From a candidate division FCPU426 bacterium (lineage in GTDB: Bacteria > Oederibacteriota > JAAXVQ01 > JAUVAV01), in assembly GCA_040756875.1 (NCBI GenBank), contig JBFLYH010000002.1, forward strand, positions 478,526 through 542,525: a DNA stretch of 64,000 bases, read 5' to 3'. Position 1 is the first letter of the stretch, and every line of letters starts with the position of its first letter. The position numbers were made by a program, and so were the translations under genes. The notes under the pieces were generated by a model. That model did not search any database. It was not told the DNA's origin and was given only the letters and a program-made list of their open reading frames with translations. Of this stretch, positions 40,120-50,062 are shown piece after piece.

Positions 40120-42189
40120 TCAATTAATCAAACTAGGCACGTCGAGCACCAGCGAAATGCGCCCGTCGCCCAGAATGGTGACGCCGGAGAAGCCCTTGAC
40201 GGCCTTTAACAGGCTCCCCAGCGATTTGATCGCGATTTCCTGCTGGCCCAGCACTTCGTCCACCAGCAGGCCCACGCGCATTTCCCCCACTTCGGTCACC
40301 AGCACCGCGCGGTTGGGGCTGCGCGATTCCTCGCCCGGCACCTGCAGCACGCGGTGCAGCCGCAGCAGCGGCAGCACGCTGTCGCGGTACATGACCACCT
40401 CGCCCTGCTGCACGAACTTCACCGCCGCCTCGTCGAAATCGATGGTCTCGACGGTGTTGATGACCGGCAGCGCGTACACTTCGCTGCCCACCCTAAACAG
40501 CAGCGCCTGGATGATCGCCAACGTCATGGGCATGCGCAGAATGAAGGCGCTGCCCCGGCCGGCCAGGCTTTCAATGCGCAGGCTGCCGCCGAAGGATTCG
40601 ATCTTGGTCCGGACCGCGTCCACACCCACGCCCCGGCCGCTGACCTCGGTCACCCGCTTCGCGGTGGTGAAGCCCGGCAGGCTGACGAGGTTGATGGCTT
40701 CCTGGTCGGTCAGGCGCTCGCTTTCCTCCTGGTTCATGATCCCGCGTTCCACCGCCACGCGGCGGTTCACGGCCGGGTCGATCCCCCGGCCGTCGTCCTG
40801 CACCTGGATGATGACGTGGTTTTTTTCCCGCGTGGCCGTGAGGCGGATCAGCCCCTGCCTGGATTTGCTTTGTTTCTGGCGTTCGGCCGGGTCCTCGATG
40901 CCGTGGTCCACGGCGTTGCGCAGCAGGTGCACCAGCGGGTCATTGATCTCGTCGAGCACCGTGCGGTCCAGTTCGATGTCCTTTCCCTCCATCACCAGTT
41001 CGATTTCCTTTCCGCCCTCCTTGGCCAGGTCGCGGACCATGCGCGGAAAGCGGTTGAAAATGTGCTCCATGGGCACCATCCGCACTTCCGTGACTTCGTC
41101 CTGGAGGTCGTTGGTGATGCGGTCGAACTGGATCAGGGCCTCTTTGAGCTCCTTGAGGCCGTGACGTTTGGATATCTGGGTCAGGCGGATCTTGCTGATG
41201 ACCAGCTCGCCCACCAGGTTTTGCAGGTTGTCCAGGCGTTCGATGCTCACCCGGATGCTCTGCAGGGCCCGGTTGGCGGCCGGCCGGGCCTGGCGCTCTT
41301 CCGGCGCCACGGGGCGGGAGACGAGCACCTTGGCGCGGGCGCGGGTTTCGCCGAAAAAGTCGTCCACCTTGTCGGCGGTCAGGGTTTCGAGGTCGAAACT
41401 CTCGATCTCCGAAATGCTCTTCAGGCTCCGCTGCAGCAGTTCAGCCTTGCGCTGGGACAGGGCCAGGAGCAGGAACTCGCGGTCGAACTGCCCTTCCTGC
41501 AGGGCCTGCGGCTCGGGATAGCTGGCGATGACCTCGCCGTGTTCGGACAGGGCCTTGAAGACCATGAAGGCCCTCACGCCCTTGAACATGCAGGTGGTTT
41601 CCAGCTTCACGCGGACGCCGTAGATCAGGTATCCTTCGGCTTCGGCCTTGGATACCAGGCTGTCCAGGTGTTCAATGCCCGCGTCAGCTTCCGACACGGA
41701 GGTCATGGGCGCCCGGGCCGCAGCTGGCGCTGCGGCCGGCGCCGCGGGAGCGGGTTCTGCCGGCTGTTTTTCTACGGCGCCCCGGTCCCGCGCCGAGGCG
41801 GGAAGGTCCTGGCCGCTTTCCACCAGCCTGAGTTTTTCGACCAGGGCCGTCACGTCGACCTGTTTGGGCTGGGCCGAGGAAATCTCCTCGATCAGGAGCT
41901 GCAGCGTGTCCAGACACTCGAACAACACGTCCACGATGCCGGGGGTGATGGCGCTCCGGCTGCCGCGGAGCTTGTCCAGCACGTTCTCCATCTGATGGGT
42001 CAGTTCGGTGATTTGGTCGAACCCCATGGTGGCGGACATGCCTTTGATGGTGTGCGACGTGCGGAAGATTTCGTTGAGGGAATGGCTGTCCGAAGGGTTT
42101 TTTTCCAGCGTCAGCAGGGCCTGGTTCAACCGGTCAAGGTGTTCCAGGGATTCGCTGATGAAAAGGTCTTTGTATTCGAGAGTGTCCAT
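40120..42189 (-). CDS. cheA: Chemotaxis histidine kinase CheA (Hpt-P2-dimerisation-HATPase-CheW)
   Basis: IFRTSHTIKGMS, IRVSIERLD..NLVGELVI, HLLRNAVDHGIE, DDGRGI, SGRGVGVD, GVTILGDG. Confidence 0.95.
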   Translation of the reverse strand: MDTLEYKDLFISESLEHLDRLNQALLTLEKNPSDSHSLNEIFRTSHTIKGMSATMGFDQITELTHQMENVLDKLRGSRSAITPGIVDVLFECLDTLQLLIEEISSAQPKQVDVTALVEKLRLVESGQDLPASARDRGAVEKQPAEPAPAAPAAAPAAARAPMTSVSEADAGIEHLDSLVSKAEAEGYLIYGVRVKLETTCMFKGVRAFMVFKALSEHGEVIASYPEPQALQEGQFDREFLLLALSQRKAELLQRSLKSISEIESFDLETLTADKVDDFFGETRARAKVLVSRPVAPEERQARPAANRALQSIRVSIERLDNLQNLVGELVISKIRLTQISKRHGLKELKEALIQFDRITNDLQDEVTEVRMVPMEHIFNRFPRMVRDLAKEGGKEIELVMEGKDIELDRTVLDEINDPLVHLLRNAVDHGIEDPAERQKQSKSRQGLIRLTATREKNHVIIQVQDDGRGIDPAVNRRVAVERGIMNQEESERLTDQEAINLVSLPGFTTAKRVTEVSGRGVGVDAVRTKIESFGGSLRIESLAGRGSAFILRMPMTLAIIQALLFRVGSEVYALPVINTVETIDFDEAAVKFVQQGEVVMYRDSVLPLLRLHRVLQVPGEESRSPNRAVLVTEVGEMRVGLLVDEVLGQQEIAIKSLGSLLKAVKGFSGVTILGDGRISLVLDVPSLIN

Positions 42190-42328
42190 GGAGCCCCGCG
42201 GGCGTTCCCCGTGCCGGGAACGGCCCCGTTATCTCGCTTTTGGCCTGAAAACAGCTCCAGGCAGCAGCATCGTTTTAATGGTATCAAGAATCACTGGGCC
42301 AGGCAATCCTGATTTTTAACACCCAGCT

Positions 42329-43534
42329 TCAAACCACCCGCCCCCACACGCAAGTGAGATAGCGGCTTTCCGGCACCTGGGACTTTTCCGGATGGTCCTC
42401 GTCCGGCCCGAACACTTCCGCAGCCTGCAGGCGCCGGCCCGCCTGGCGCACTGCGGCCGACACCACGGTATGAAAGGCTTTCCGGCTCACGGCATGGGAG
42501 CAGGCGCAGCTGAGCAAAAGGCCGTTCGGCTCCAAGAGCTGGGCTGCCCGCCGGTTCAGCTCCCGGTAGCCGCGCAGGGCCGACGGCAGTTCGGCCCGGG
42601 CGTGGGCGAAAGGCGGCGGATCGAGTACCACGGCCTGAAAGCGCTCCTTGCGGGCCACGGCTTCGGGCAGCAATTTGAAGAGGTCCGCGGCCCGGGGGCG
42701 GATCCGGTCCGCGCAGCCGTTCAGTTCGGCGTTGCGGGCCAGCTGCCGCAGGACCTGGGCCGAGGCGTCCACGGCCAGCACCTCGGAAGCTCCCGCGCTG
42801 GCGGCGGAAACGGAGAATCCGCCGGTATAGGCGCAGCCGTCCAGCACCCGGCCCTGAAGCCGCGCCTGGCGCAGCCGGCGGCGCGCGGCGCGCTGGTCGA
42901 GGTAAAAACCGGTCTTGTGCCCCTGCGCCACGTCCACTTCGAACCGCAGCGGGCCCTCGTGGATTTCGCAGGCCGTGGCCATCTGCCCAGAACCGGCGGT
43001 CCACAGCCACTCGCGCCTGGGAGGCAGCCCTTCCGCCGCGCGGCCCGAACCTTCGCTGCGTTCGAAAATGCCCGCGGGTTTGAGCCGCGTGCGCAGCCAA
43101 TCCGCCACCCAGTGGCGCCGTTGTTCCGCGCCGGCGGTCAGGCATTGCACCACCGCGATCCGGCCGTAGAGGTCGCACACGAATCCCGGCAGGCCGTCGG
43201 CCTCGGACCACACCAGCCGCCAGGCGTCGCTGTCCAGCTTTAAGGCCCGGCGCCGGGAGAGCGCGCGGTCCAACTTGCGTCCGATTTCCAGCGCTTCGTC
43301 CGGTCCTTCGCTCCGGCCCCGGCCGGTTGCAGGCGTGTAGAGCAGCCGCAGCGTGATGACGGAGCGCGGGTTGGCGTAGGCGAAACCCAGCGCCTGTCCG
43401 CTGGGTCCGGCCACGGACACCAGTTCGCCCGGCGCCAGCCCGGGGTCCAGGCGCGTGATCTGGTTGTCGAACACCCAGGGATAGCCGCGGCGCAGGCGCA
43501 GCGCGGCCCGCGAGGAAACCTGAACGCTTTTCAC
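42329..43534 (-). CDS. rlmI: Class I SAM-dependent rRNA m5C methyltransferase (RlmI family)
   Basis: PUA-like GYPWVF, SEADGLPG, GHKTGFYLDQR, YTGGFS, LDPPPF, CACS, DHP..YL. Confidence 0.85.
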   Translation of the reverse strand: MKSVQVSSRAALRLRRGYPWVFDNQITRLDPGLAPGELVSVAGPSGQALGFAYANPRSVITLRLLYTPATGRGRSEGPDEALEIGRKLDRALSRRRALKLDSDAWRLVWSEADGLPGFVCDLYGRIAVVQCLTAGAEQRRHWVADWLRTRLKPAGIFERSEGSGRAAEGLPPRREWLWTAGSGQMATACEIHEGPLRFEVDVAQGHKTGFYLDQRAARRRLRQARLQGRVLDGCAYTGGFSVSAASAGASEVLAVDASAQVLRQLARNAELNGCADRIRPRAADLFKLLPEAVARKERFQAVVLDPPPFAHARAELPSALRGYRELNRRAAQLLEPNGLLLSCACSHAVSRKAFHTVVSAAVRQAGRRLQAAEVFGPDEDHPEKSQVPESRYLTCVWGRVV

Positions 43535-43535
43535 C

Positions 43536-44435
43536 TCAGGCGGCGCAGCACGCCGCCGCGATGGCGAAAAAGCGGTTGTCCAGGGAGTCGGCGCGCGAAT
43601 TTAATACCATGGGCACTTTGGCGCCGATGGCCACGCCCGCGAGCGGGCCCCCGGCCAGGAAGGTTTGCGCCTTGGAGAGGATGTTGCCGGCTTCGATATT
43701 CGGCACCAGCAGGATGTCCGCATCGCCCTGCAGCGGCCCTTCGATCTTCTTTTCGCGGCTGACCCAGGCCGAAAGGGCGTCGTCCAGGGCCAGGGGGCCG
43801 GCGACGATGGCGCCCGTGATCTTGCCCTGCGCGGCCAGGCCCACCAATTGCGCGGCCTCCACGGTGACCGGCATTTTGTCGTTCACGTATTCCACGGCTG
43901 CCAGAATCGCGGCCTTGGGTTGCGCATAACCCAGGCGCCGGACGAAATCCACGGCATTCTGCAGGATTTGCGCCTTGCGCCGCAGGTCCGGCGCGATGTT
44001 GACCGCGGAATCCGTGACGAACAGCAGCCGGCTGCAGGGCTTGCTTTCCAGGATGAACACGTGGGAGATGATCGCGTCTTCCGGCCGCAGCCCGTAGTCC
44101 TTATGCAGCAGCGCGGAAACGATGGTGCTGGTGTGCAGGTTGCCCTTCATCAGGAGCTGCGCGTCGCCGTCGGCGATCATGCGCACGGCCGCGTGGGCCG
44201 CGCTCTGCTCGTCGCGGGCGTCCACCTGCTTGCGGACCGGGAAGGTCAGCTTAAGTTCCTTGCGCAGGGCCTCGATCTTGTCCGCGTCCCCGGCCCACAC
44301 CACCTCCACGATGCCTTCCCGGACCGCGCGGTCCAGGGACTGCAGGATCTCCTTGGATTCCGGCACGGCCACCGAGATGGTCTTGCGGGGCCGCCCCCGT
44401 GTCAGGGACACCAGTTCGTCGAATGAACGCAGCAT
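43536..44435 (-). CDS. Phosphate butyryl/acetyltransferase (Ptb family)
   Basis: LMKGNLHT, ISHVF, TDSAVNIAP, GPLALDDA, DILLVPNIEAGNIL, SRADS. Confidence 0.88.
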   Translation of the reverse strand: MLRSFDELVSLTRGRPRKTISVAVPESKEILQSLDRAVREGIVEVVWAGDADKIEALRKELKLTFPVRKQVDARDEQSAAHAAVRMIADGDAQLLMKGNLHTSTIVSALLHKDYGLRPEDAIISHVFILESKPCSRLLFVTDSAVNIAPDLRRKAQILQNAVDFVRRLGYAQPKAAILAAVEYVNDKMPVTVEAAQLVGLAAQGKITGAIVAGPLALDDALSAWVSREKKIEGPLQGDADILLVPNIEAGNILSKAQTFLAGGPLAGVAIGAKVPMVLNSRADSLDNRFFAIAAACCAA

Positions 44436-44439
44436 GAGA

Positions 44440-44967
44440 TTATCCTTTCCGGTTTTTACGCCAGGTCAGAATGCTCCGGGCGATTTGTTCGGGCGTGGAG
44501 TGGTCCGTGGGGCACTGCCAGTCCGCGCGGGCGTAGGCGGCCTGCCGTTCCGCCAGCAGGGTTTGAATGCGATGGCGGACCTCGTTTTCGCTGCCGGCCA
44601 GCAGCGGGCGGTCCGGGGCCAGGCCCACGCGCCGCCAAATGCAATCAGGAGAGGCGGTCAGGCACACCACGTCGCCGAGCCGGCGCAGCAGCGGCCAGTT
44701 GGCCTCGCGCAGCACGATGCCGCCGCCCGTGGCCACGACCCGGGCCGGCTGGCCGGACGCGGCCAGCCCCGTCAGCACGCGCGTTTCCCATTCGCGGAAA
44801 GCCGCTTCGCTGTCTTCGGTGAATATGCGCGTAATGGGTTTTCCGGCCTGCTGGACGATCAGGTCGTCCGTATCGACCCAGGCCAGGCGCAGGTGTTGGG
44901 CCAGAAGGCGCCCCACCTCGGTCTTGCCCGTGCCCATGAATCCCACCAACACCACACCTTTAATCAT
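44440..44967 (-). CDS. aroK: Shikimate kinase
   Basis: LVGFMGTGKT, DTD, FREWE, ATGGG, RPLL. Confidence 0.93.
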   Translation of the reverse strand: MIKGVVLVGFMGTGKTEVGRLLAQHLRLAWVDTDDLIVQQAGKPITRIFTEDSEAAFREWETRVLTGLAASGQPARVVATGGGIVLREANWPLLRRLGDVVCLTASPDCIWRRVGLAPDRPLLAGSENEVRHRIQTLLAERQAAYARADWQCPTDHSTPEQIARSILTWRKNRKG

Positions 44968-45058
44968 CGGCCTGTTTCTTTTAGCATGAAGTTCCGCGCA
45001 GCAAACTGCGCGGGGCATAGGCAAAGGGGACCGTTCCAGAGTGAACGATTGTTCTGCG

Positions 45059-46219
45059 TTACCGCCTGGCCACGGCGCGCCGGTAGGCGCGCAAATTCTC
45101 CGCCATTTCGCGGACCGAATCGCCGCCGAATTTTTCCTGGTAGGCCTTGGCCAGTTCCAGGGCCAGCACCGCTTCCCCGACCACAGCTGCGGCCGGCACG
45201 GCGCAGACATCGGAACGCTCGTAGCCCGCGGCCCGGCTTTTCTTGGTGGCGAGGTCCACCGAGGCCAGCGGTTTGCGCAGCGTGGCAATGGGCTTCATGG
45301 CCAGGCGCAGCAGCAGCGGTTCGCCGGTGGTCATGCCGCCTTCCAGGCCGCCGGCATGGTTGGTTTTGCGGCCGAAGCCGCCCCGGCGGTAGTTGATCAC
45401 GTCGTGCACCTGCGACCCGGGCCGGGCCGCGGCGGCAAATCCCTCCCCGAATTCCACGCCTTTGATCGCCGGAATGCTGGCCAGGGCACCGGCCAGGCGC
45501 GCGTCCAGGCGCCGGTCCCAGTGCACGTGGCTGCCCACACCCGGGGCCGCGCCCCAGGCCGAGACCGCGAACACGCCGCCCAGCGTATCTCCGGCGGCTG
45601 CCGCGCGGTCGATGGCCCGGCGCATGCGGCTGGCTGCGGCCGGCTGGGGGCAGCGCACGTCCGAGCGTTCGGCCCGGCGGGCCAGGCTGGCCGGCGCGCC
45701 GGACAAGTTGGCCGCGGCCTCGGACCCAATGCGTTCCACCCAGGAGCCCACGGTCACGCCCAGGGCTTTCAGCAGCGCCTTGGCCGCCGCACCGGCAGCC
45801 ACCCGCGCCGCGGTCTCGCGCGCCGAGGCGCGTTCCAAAATGTCGCGCATGTCCGTGCGCCCGTATTTCAACGCGCCCACCAGATCCGCGTGCCCCGGCC
45901 GGGGCCGGGTCAGGCGGCTGGCGCCCTTCGGCCAGGCCGCGGGTTCCACGGCCATGAGGGCCTGCCAGTTCGCCCAGTCGCGGTTCGGAATCCACAGGGC
46001 CAGCGGCGAACCCAGCGTTTCGCCCAGGCGGACGCCGGCCGTGATCTGGGCCTGGTCGCGTTCGATCTGCATGCGGCCGCCGCGGCCATACCCCTGCTGG
46101 CGCCGCGCCAGGTCCCGGCTGATGTCCCGGGCTGTCAGGGACAGGCCGGCCGGAAGACCTTCCAGCACGACGGTCAGGCCCTGGCCGTGGGATTCTCCGG
46201 CAGTTAGAAATCGCAGCAT
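45059..46219 (-). CDS. aroC: Chorismate synthase
   Basis: LTAGESHG, RRQQGYGRGGR, PRPGHAD, ERASARET, GGLEGG, KPIATL, ERSDV. Confidence 0.96.
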   Translation of the reverse strand: MLRFLTAGESHGQGLTVVLEGLPAGLSLTARDISRDLARRQQGYGRGGRMQIERDQAQITAGVRLGETLGSPLALWIPNRDWANWQALMAVEPAAWPKGASRLTRPRPGHADLVGALKYGRTDMRDILERASARETAARVAAGAAAKALLKALGVTVGSWVERIGSEAAANLSGAPASLARRAERSDVRCPQPAAASRMRRAIDRAAAAGDTLGGVFAVSAWGAAPGVGSHVHWDRRLDARLAGALASIPAIKGVEFGEGFAAAARPGSQVHDVINYRRGGFGRKTNHAGGLEGGMTTGEPLLLRLAMKPIATLRKPLASVDLATKKSRAAGYERSDVCAVPAAAVVGEAVLALELAKAYQEKFGGDSVREMAENLRAYRRAVARR

Positions 46220-46297
46220 GACAGGAGGCTCGCTTTCTGACGGGCTATGGATAACGCGGACGCCTTTCGCAGCTCAACCCCGAACATCCACCGCACG

Positions 46298-48457
46298 CTA
46301 TTCTAAAATATGCGTGGTCAGGAACACCACCAGTTCGACCTTCTTCTTGTTCACCACCGTGCTCCGGAACAGCGCGCCCAGAAGCGGAATGTCGCCGAGC
46401 AGCGGCACCTTCGATTCATCCGTGCTTTCCTCATCCCGCACCATGCCGCCGATGGCGATCGTCTCGCCGTCCTGCACCTGCATCTGCGTGGAAGCCGTGC
46501 GGGTGCTGGTGGGCGGCGGCGTGCCCGGGCCGGTCACGGTCGTGACTGTCAGGGTCATGGGCCCGAGCAGCACGTTGCGGTCCTTGGTGATCTGCGGCGT
46601 CACGGTCAGCGAAATCGGCAGCTCCAGGTAATTGACCTGCGTGCTCACCACGCCGTTGCTCACCAAACTGGTGGTATAGGGCAGGTTCTGGCTGGCGGAC
46701 AGCGTGGCGCTCTGGTTGTTCAAGGTGGCGATGCGGGGATTGGACAGGATGTTGACCTTGCCCTTGGCCTCCAGCGCGGAGAGCGTAGCGTTGAGGTTCC
46801 AACCCTGGGGCAGGGTGCCCACGGTCAGCCGCCCCACGGCATTGACTGCCCGCGGATTCGAACTGATCGAAAGTTGGGGATCGTGGCCGGCTTGATTGGT
46901 CGCATCCCAACGAATGCCCAGGTCCATCTCGTCCGTCCGGCCCACTTCCACGATGCGGGCCTCGATCATCACCTGCTCGGCCTTGGTGTCCAGGCTGCGA
47001 ATCAGGCGGGCCACAGCGTTGAGGTTGCCCGGGATGTCGGTGACCACCAGCGAATTTTCGCCGGTGTTCTCCTGCATAGTGCCCAAAGGCGACAAAGCGG
47101 GCTGCACCAGGGGGCGCAGGCGTTCAGCCTGCGTGTAATTAAGCACAAAGGCCCGGCTGACTAGGCGCCGCTCCACGTCCATGCGCCGCAGCACGGATTC
47201 CACGGCCGCCAAGTCGCTGGGGATGGCCGAGACCACCACGCGGTTGCTGTAGGCGTCCACCACCACTTTGCCCTTGGTTCCCTCGGTCAGGGACGCCTCC
47301 AGGGACTGGACCAGGTTGGCTTCGCCAGCGGCGAGATTTTTCAGCGTGAAGACCTTGGTCTCCAGGGGAAATTCCGTGGCCAGGCCGATCCGCAGCGTGT
47401 TGCCGCTCACCGCGTAAGCCAGGCGCCGGGGCTTGAGTACGAAATCCAGCACGGAACGCAGGGGCTGTTCGTTGATCGACAGGGTCACCAGGGCCTGGGG
47501 GCCCGAGAGGTTCTCCGCGGCCGGCGTGAACACCAGGTCAAACCCGGCGTCCTGCGCCAGGGCGCGCAGCACCGCGCCCACGTCCGCGGCCTGCAGGTCC
47601 ACGGACACGCGCGCGAGCAGGTTTCCCCGGCGTCCGCGGACCATGCCCGCGTCGCCGGATTCCAGTTCGAGGATCACCTGGTTCTGGTCTTGAAACACCA
47701 GGTACGGCGCCGCATCGGCCAGTTGCACGCGGATGCGGACCACGGATTCTCCGGCCGCGGCTTCCTGCCGGGCCGTCACCCGCTGCACCGGCCCCAGGGG
47801 CAGGCCGGAAACCGGGCCGGACCAGGACAAGGCCGCGCTGTGCAATGACAGCGTGAGTTGGCGGCCGGAAGGGTCCCTTTCAAGGCGATAGCGCGCCTGG
47901 CCGTCCGTGGTGATCACGAGGCGGACTTTGTCTTCCTCGGACTCGACCGCGATATCGGCCACTTGATAGGCCGCGCCGGCCGTCTCGACGCCGGCAGCCG
48001 CGGGACGCGCGGTGGGGATGGCTTCAGCCTCCGCTTCCCGGCTCCCTTCCAGACGCAAGGTAATGCCGCGGGACTGGGTCTGTCGCTGCCAACGCACTGG
48101 CTCGTTCAAATCCAGAACCACCCACACTTCGTTGCCGTGCTGGGCCGAGCGGATGCGCCGCAACGGCGGCTGGTTGACTTCGCGCAGGGAGGGGCGCCAC
48201 ACCAGCATGGTGTCCTTGAGCTTGATCAACAGGCGGTCCGGATCGCGCAAATAGGACATGGTGCTCGCGACCTGCTGGTTGGTCATCAACTTGACCACCG
48301 GCTGCCCGGCCTCGGACTGCACGGCCACCTGGGTCAGTCGCGCCAGCGGCCCGCTGGCCGCCTCTTCGGGCTCCCCGTCCTCCTGGGCCCAGGCCAGGCT
48401 GGCAGCCACGGCCAGGGGCAGGAGGAACAGACGGCCCCATTTCGCCCACTGATTCAT
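46298..48457 (-). CDS. pilQ: Type IV pilus secretin with N-terminal AMIN domains
   Basis: Signal peptide, AMIN-like 'YLRDPDRLLI', N-domains, QVMIEARIVEV, KVPLLGDIPLLGALFR, ELVVFLT. Confidence 0.9.
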   Translation of the reverse strand: MNQWAKWGRLFLLPLAVAASLAWAQEDGEPEEAASGPLARLTQVAVQSEAGQPVVKLMTNQQVASTMSYLRDPDRLLIKLKDTMLVWRPSLREVNQPPLRRIRSAQHGNEVWVVLDLNEPVRWQRQTQSRGITLRLEGSREAEAEAIPTARPAAAGVETAGAAYQVADIAVESEEDKVRLVITTDGQARYRLERDPSGRQLTLSLHSAALSWSGPVSGLPLGPVQRVTARQEAAAGESVVRIRVQLADAAPYLVFQDQNQVILELESGDAGMVRGRRGNLLARVSVDLQAADVGAVLRALAQDAGFDLVFTPAAENLSGPQALVTLSINEQPLRSVLDFVLKPRRLAYAVSGNTLRIGLATEFPLETKVFTLKNLAAGEANLVQSLEASLTEGTKGKVVVDAYSNRVVVSAIPSDLAAVESVLRRMDVERRLVSRAFVLNYTQAERLRPLVQPALSPLGTMQENTGENSLVVTDIPGNLNAVARLIRSLDTKAEQVMIEARIVEVGRTDEMDLGIRWDATNQAGHDPQLSISSNPRAVNAVGRLTVGTLPQGWNLNATLSALEAKGKVNILSNPRIATLNNQSATLSASQNLPYTTSLVSNGVVSTQVNYLELPISLTVTPQITKDRNVLLGPMTLTVTTVTGPGTPPPTSTRTASTQMQVQDGETIAIGGMVRDEESTDESKVPLLGDIPLLGALFRSTVVNKKKVELVVFLTTHILE

Positions 48458-48507
48458 AGTCGGGTCAGGTCTCCCATTCCGCGCCGCGGCCCCGCAGGAC
48501 CCGCTAG

Positions 48508-48528
48508 CGCAAGGTGAATACGATTTGC
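48508..48528 (+). repeat. 21-bp direct repeat, copy 1 (orphan duplicate of the pilP 3' end)
   Basis: CGCAAGGTGAATACGATTTGC, identical to 51135-51155; minus strand reads QIVFTLR-TAG. Confidence 0.92.
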
Positions 48529-48547
48529 CATTTATTGTTATACTATA

Positions 48548-50062
48548 CTACTCCAGTCTTATAATCCCGCTGGATTTCATTTGATTTACGCCACTCACAT
48601 CATTGTGCAGCAGAAGAATCTTCCCTTCAGGGGAACCCTTCACAATGAAAATGGTAGGACTAAGCAGCATCATCACCATCTGCTGGCGAGTTTCATAATG
48701 GCCGCCAACCACCTTGGTTTCTCCATCGCCACTCAGGATTGAAGACCCGACCAGTTCTTTCATCCGGACCACTTGCATTGTCATCGATACAAACATCATG
48801 TAACTGTCACCTTGCTTCATCCCAACTAACGCAGTTAAGTGTTCCGGAGTTAAACCCTTCCGGTAATCCCCCCGAAATAAACCACCCATTTGAAGGGGGA
48901 ATTCGAAGTTTATTTTTTTATCAACTATTTCAGGCGTAAGTATGGGCCGTTGAGCGCTTTGGTCAATATTCAACTCGACCTTGGCCGTCCCATCAATCAT
49001 GGCATAATCATAATCGCCCCATTGAATCGAGGGCCCAGCAAAGGACAATTTATCTTCGAAAGTCTCTTTTTCCTTTCCAAACCTCGTTATCTTAAAATCT
49101 TTGAAGCGAATTTCAAAAGCTATTTTCGCCTCCCAAGCCTTGATATAATTAACACCTCGAACGATTCCCTCCCCGGGTTTTAACTCGCCAACATCTGTAG
49201 CTTCTTCCTTCTTCTCGTTGGCGACTTCCACCGAGATTTTATCTTCAGAAGCCTTCGGAATCTTAGCGGTGATTCGGTGCTGGCCGTCTTTAACAGAAGT
49301 CGAATCCCAGGAATGTTGATACTGGTCAATCAAACGGATGGATTGTTTATTAATTATCTTTTCATCAATTATACAGGTCACCACAACCTGTTGCTCCCAA
49401 GGTTTTTTATCAACAACTTTATTTACCGTGTTTACATATGCCCAAGCTTCTTTGGATGGCGCCTGTGGTTTGCCAAATCCGTTATATGCCCTCAGCAAAA
49501 CATCCTGGTCACTATGACCTTCGAGGTCATATTTAAGTTTAGTCTTTTCCCAATTTTTCCTTTTTAAGAATTCGACATACTTTTGTTTGTTTTCAAGGCA
49601 CGCCACTCCCGCTCTGATATTGTAGTCGGGATCGCTTTTTATCTTGTCCATGTCCCACTTATTAAAATCCAGGGGACTGTTTTTATCGTTAATTTGCATA
49701 ATTCCCCAGTCTGTCGATTCCAGTTCTTTTTCCTTCGTCTCTTTATTAATTGAATAATTTGGCGACCCATAGGTGCTTCCATCATCCACAAATTGAACCC
49801 ACCCCTCGCTTTCAAGCCAAGCGACTGCCTCTAGCACTTCCGACGACACAACCGTATTGATATTGCTGATTTTTTTAGCAATCTCCATATAACTTATATT
49901 GCTATCGCATCGGGTTGCTTTTATAACGGCAACAATATTTTGAATCCCAACAATTTCCTGACCATCTTGAGGCAAAGTTATTTTTATACTTAAGGCAAAA
50001 GCCCGAGGGTGAAAAGCAATTAAAGTAACAATGGCGATGAAACATATCGATTTTTTATTCAT
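48548..50062 (-). CDS. Secreted lytic transglycosylase (SLT) nested in an Ig-like domain, plus unknown C-terminal domain
   Basis: Signal peptide MNKKSICFIAIVTLIAFHPRAFA; SLT motifs AVAWLES, DWGIMQIN, DPDYNIRAG, AYNG; Ig halves SIKITLPQDGQEIVG... and ...WDSTSVKDGQHRITAK...ISVEVAN. Confidence 0.78.
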   Translation of the reverse strand: MNKKSICFIAIVTLIAFHPRAFALSIKITLPQDGQEIVGIQNIVAVIKATRCDSNISYMEIAKKISNINTVVSSEVLEAVAWLESEGWVQFVDDGSTYGSPNYSINKETKEKELESTDWGIMQINDKNSPLDFNKWDMDKIKSDPDYNIRAGVACLENKQKYVEFLKRKNWEKTKLKYDLEGHSDQDVLLRAYNGFGKPQAPSKEAWAYVNTVNKVVDKKPWEQQVVVTCIIDEKIINKQSIRLIDQYQHSWDSTSVKDGQHRITAKIPKASEDKISVEVANEKKEEATDVGELKPGEGIVRGVNYIKAWEAKIAFEIRFKDFKITRFGKEKETFEDKLSFAGPSIQWGDYDYAMIDGTAKVELNIDQSAQRPILTPEIVDKKINFEFPLQMGGLFRGDYRKGLTPEHLTALVGMKQGDSYMMFVSMTMQVVRMKELVGSSILSGDGETKVVGGHYETRQQMVMMLLSPTIFIVKGSPEGKILLLHNDVSGVNQMKSSGIIRLE

